NCBI GenBank assembly: GCA_002256025.1
Contig: NKIB01012713.1
Coordinates: 52,443 to 72,442, forward strand
Length of the DNA: 20,000 nucleotides
Source: Asterionella formosa
Lineage: Eukaryota
Reading direction: 5' to 3'
How positions within the stretch are numbered: position 1 is the stretch's first letter; each line of letters opens with the position of its first letter. Positions 19,154-20,000 of this stretch are shown one piece after another. Both the position numbers and the translations under genes were made by a program. The notes beneath the pieces are model-generated. The model saw only the letters and a program-made list of their open reading frames with translations. It made no database searches and had not been told where the DNA came from.

Positions 19154-20000
19154 ATGAACGACGACGATTGCTGTTTGATATGTGGTAAGGGTCCATTTGT
19201 TTCCCTTCACCGTCATTACGCACATAGCCCCGAATGCGAAACAGCTGCTGAGTTGTTTCGTAAACCAGCAACTGGTCCAGACGACGGTCAGGAAGAATAT
19301 GATGGATTTCATCAATCTCCACCATCACCTGCTGATGACTTTTCGTCGTCATTAAAGAAAAGGGCCAAAATTTGTCATGTTCAAACACTACATTTTGGCG
19401 ATCATACCAATATATATGACACTGATCAAAAAGAAGATGAAGAAAATACAAGCGAAATAGTGGTACAGGATGAAACCAATACTATTCCAGTCCTGAGCAC
19501 CACAGGGATTAGGTTTTCCTCCGCCGATCCTGGTATACCATTCTCAGTTGGCGATGTAATGAAGTCTCGACTGCTTAGTCTTTTGCTCGGCACCCGTTCT
19601 CCTCTTTATATGTATGATCAAATCATGAGTTTCTGCAGCACAGCTCAGGAAGCTGGATTCATTTTTGAATCTTGTCCTCCCAGGAGGACCACTGTTCTGA
19701 AAGAATTTCAAAACCGATTTAACATGAATGATTTAACTCCCCAGGTGAAACAGGCCATATTGCATGATGGAAAACTGATTGATGTTGTATGTTTTGATTT
19801 CATGGCTCAGGTTAAGAATCTCTTGACAAATGACATACTAATGTCACCACAAAATGTGTCATTTGATTTCGTCAATCCGTGTAAAGCACCACAACCCACC
19901 AGTGTCAGATCCGAATTTCACACTGGTACCTGGTGGATAGATGCCCATGAATATTTATGTTCTCAGCCAAATGACTTCCTTGTTCCACTCATGTTCTTTA
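19154..20000 (+). CDS. Plavaka-like (CACTA/CMC-related) transposase, N-terminal 282 aa, running off the window
   Basis: Stop-free frame from ACCATG at 19154. It has an N-terminal Zn-finger-like CLICGKGPFVSLHRHYAHSPEC, then SPLYMYDQIM, VVCFDFMAQVKNLL and SEFHTGTWWIDAH...DFLVPLMFF, matching the Plavaka E-x-x-T-G-x-W-W...P-I-I-L pattern that precedes the first catalytic Asp. Confidence 0.8.
   Translation, partial: MNDDDCCLICGKGPFVSLHRHYAHSPECETAAELFRKPATGPDDGQEEYDGFHQSPPSPADDFSSSLKKRAKICHVQTLHFGDHTNIYDTDQKEDEENTSEIVVQDETNTIPVLSTTGIRFSSADPGIPFSVGDVMKSRLLSLLLGTRSPLYMYDQIMSFCSTAQEAGFIFESCPPRRTTVLKEFQNRFNMNDLTPQVKQAILHDGKLIDVVCFDFMAQVKNLLTNDILMSPQNVSFDFVNPCKAPQPTSVRSEFHTGTWWIDAHEYLCSQPNDFLVPLMFF

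Overview
Eukaryotic genomic DNA, most likely from a diatom or related stramenopile (inferred from the Copia gag knuckle and transposon types; not verified). There are two long intronless host genes on the minus strand. One is a DUF726/TMCO4-like lipase-fold protein (start 3052, running off the left edge) with a ~480-aa insertion. The other is a MORC-like GHKL-S5-coiled-coil protein (9723-12641/12773) with a non-canonical ATPase site. The rest is a transposon graveyard: a decayed two-gene PIF/Harbinger element with nested and inverted end copies (4453-9304), several MITEs, a pogo-like transposase fragment abutting a Copia gag-protease fragment, and an open Plavaka-type transposase running off the right edge. 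The most unusual signals are (i) five mutually homologous intron-like units on the minus strand at 16947-18219, separated by short related exons, and (ii) dense intergenic TACCGGTA/TACCWGGTA palindromes that match the TA-CCAG...CTGG-TA ends of a local MITE and may be excision footprints. All calls come from manual reading; no database searches were run.
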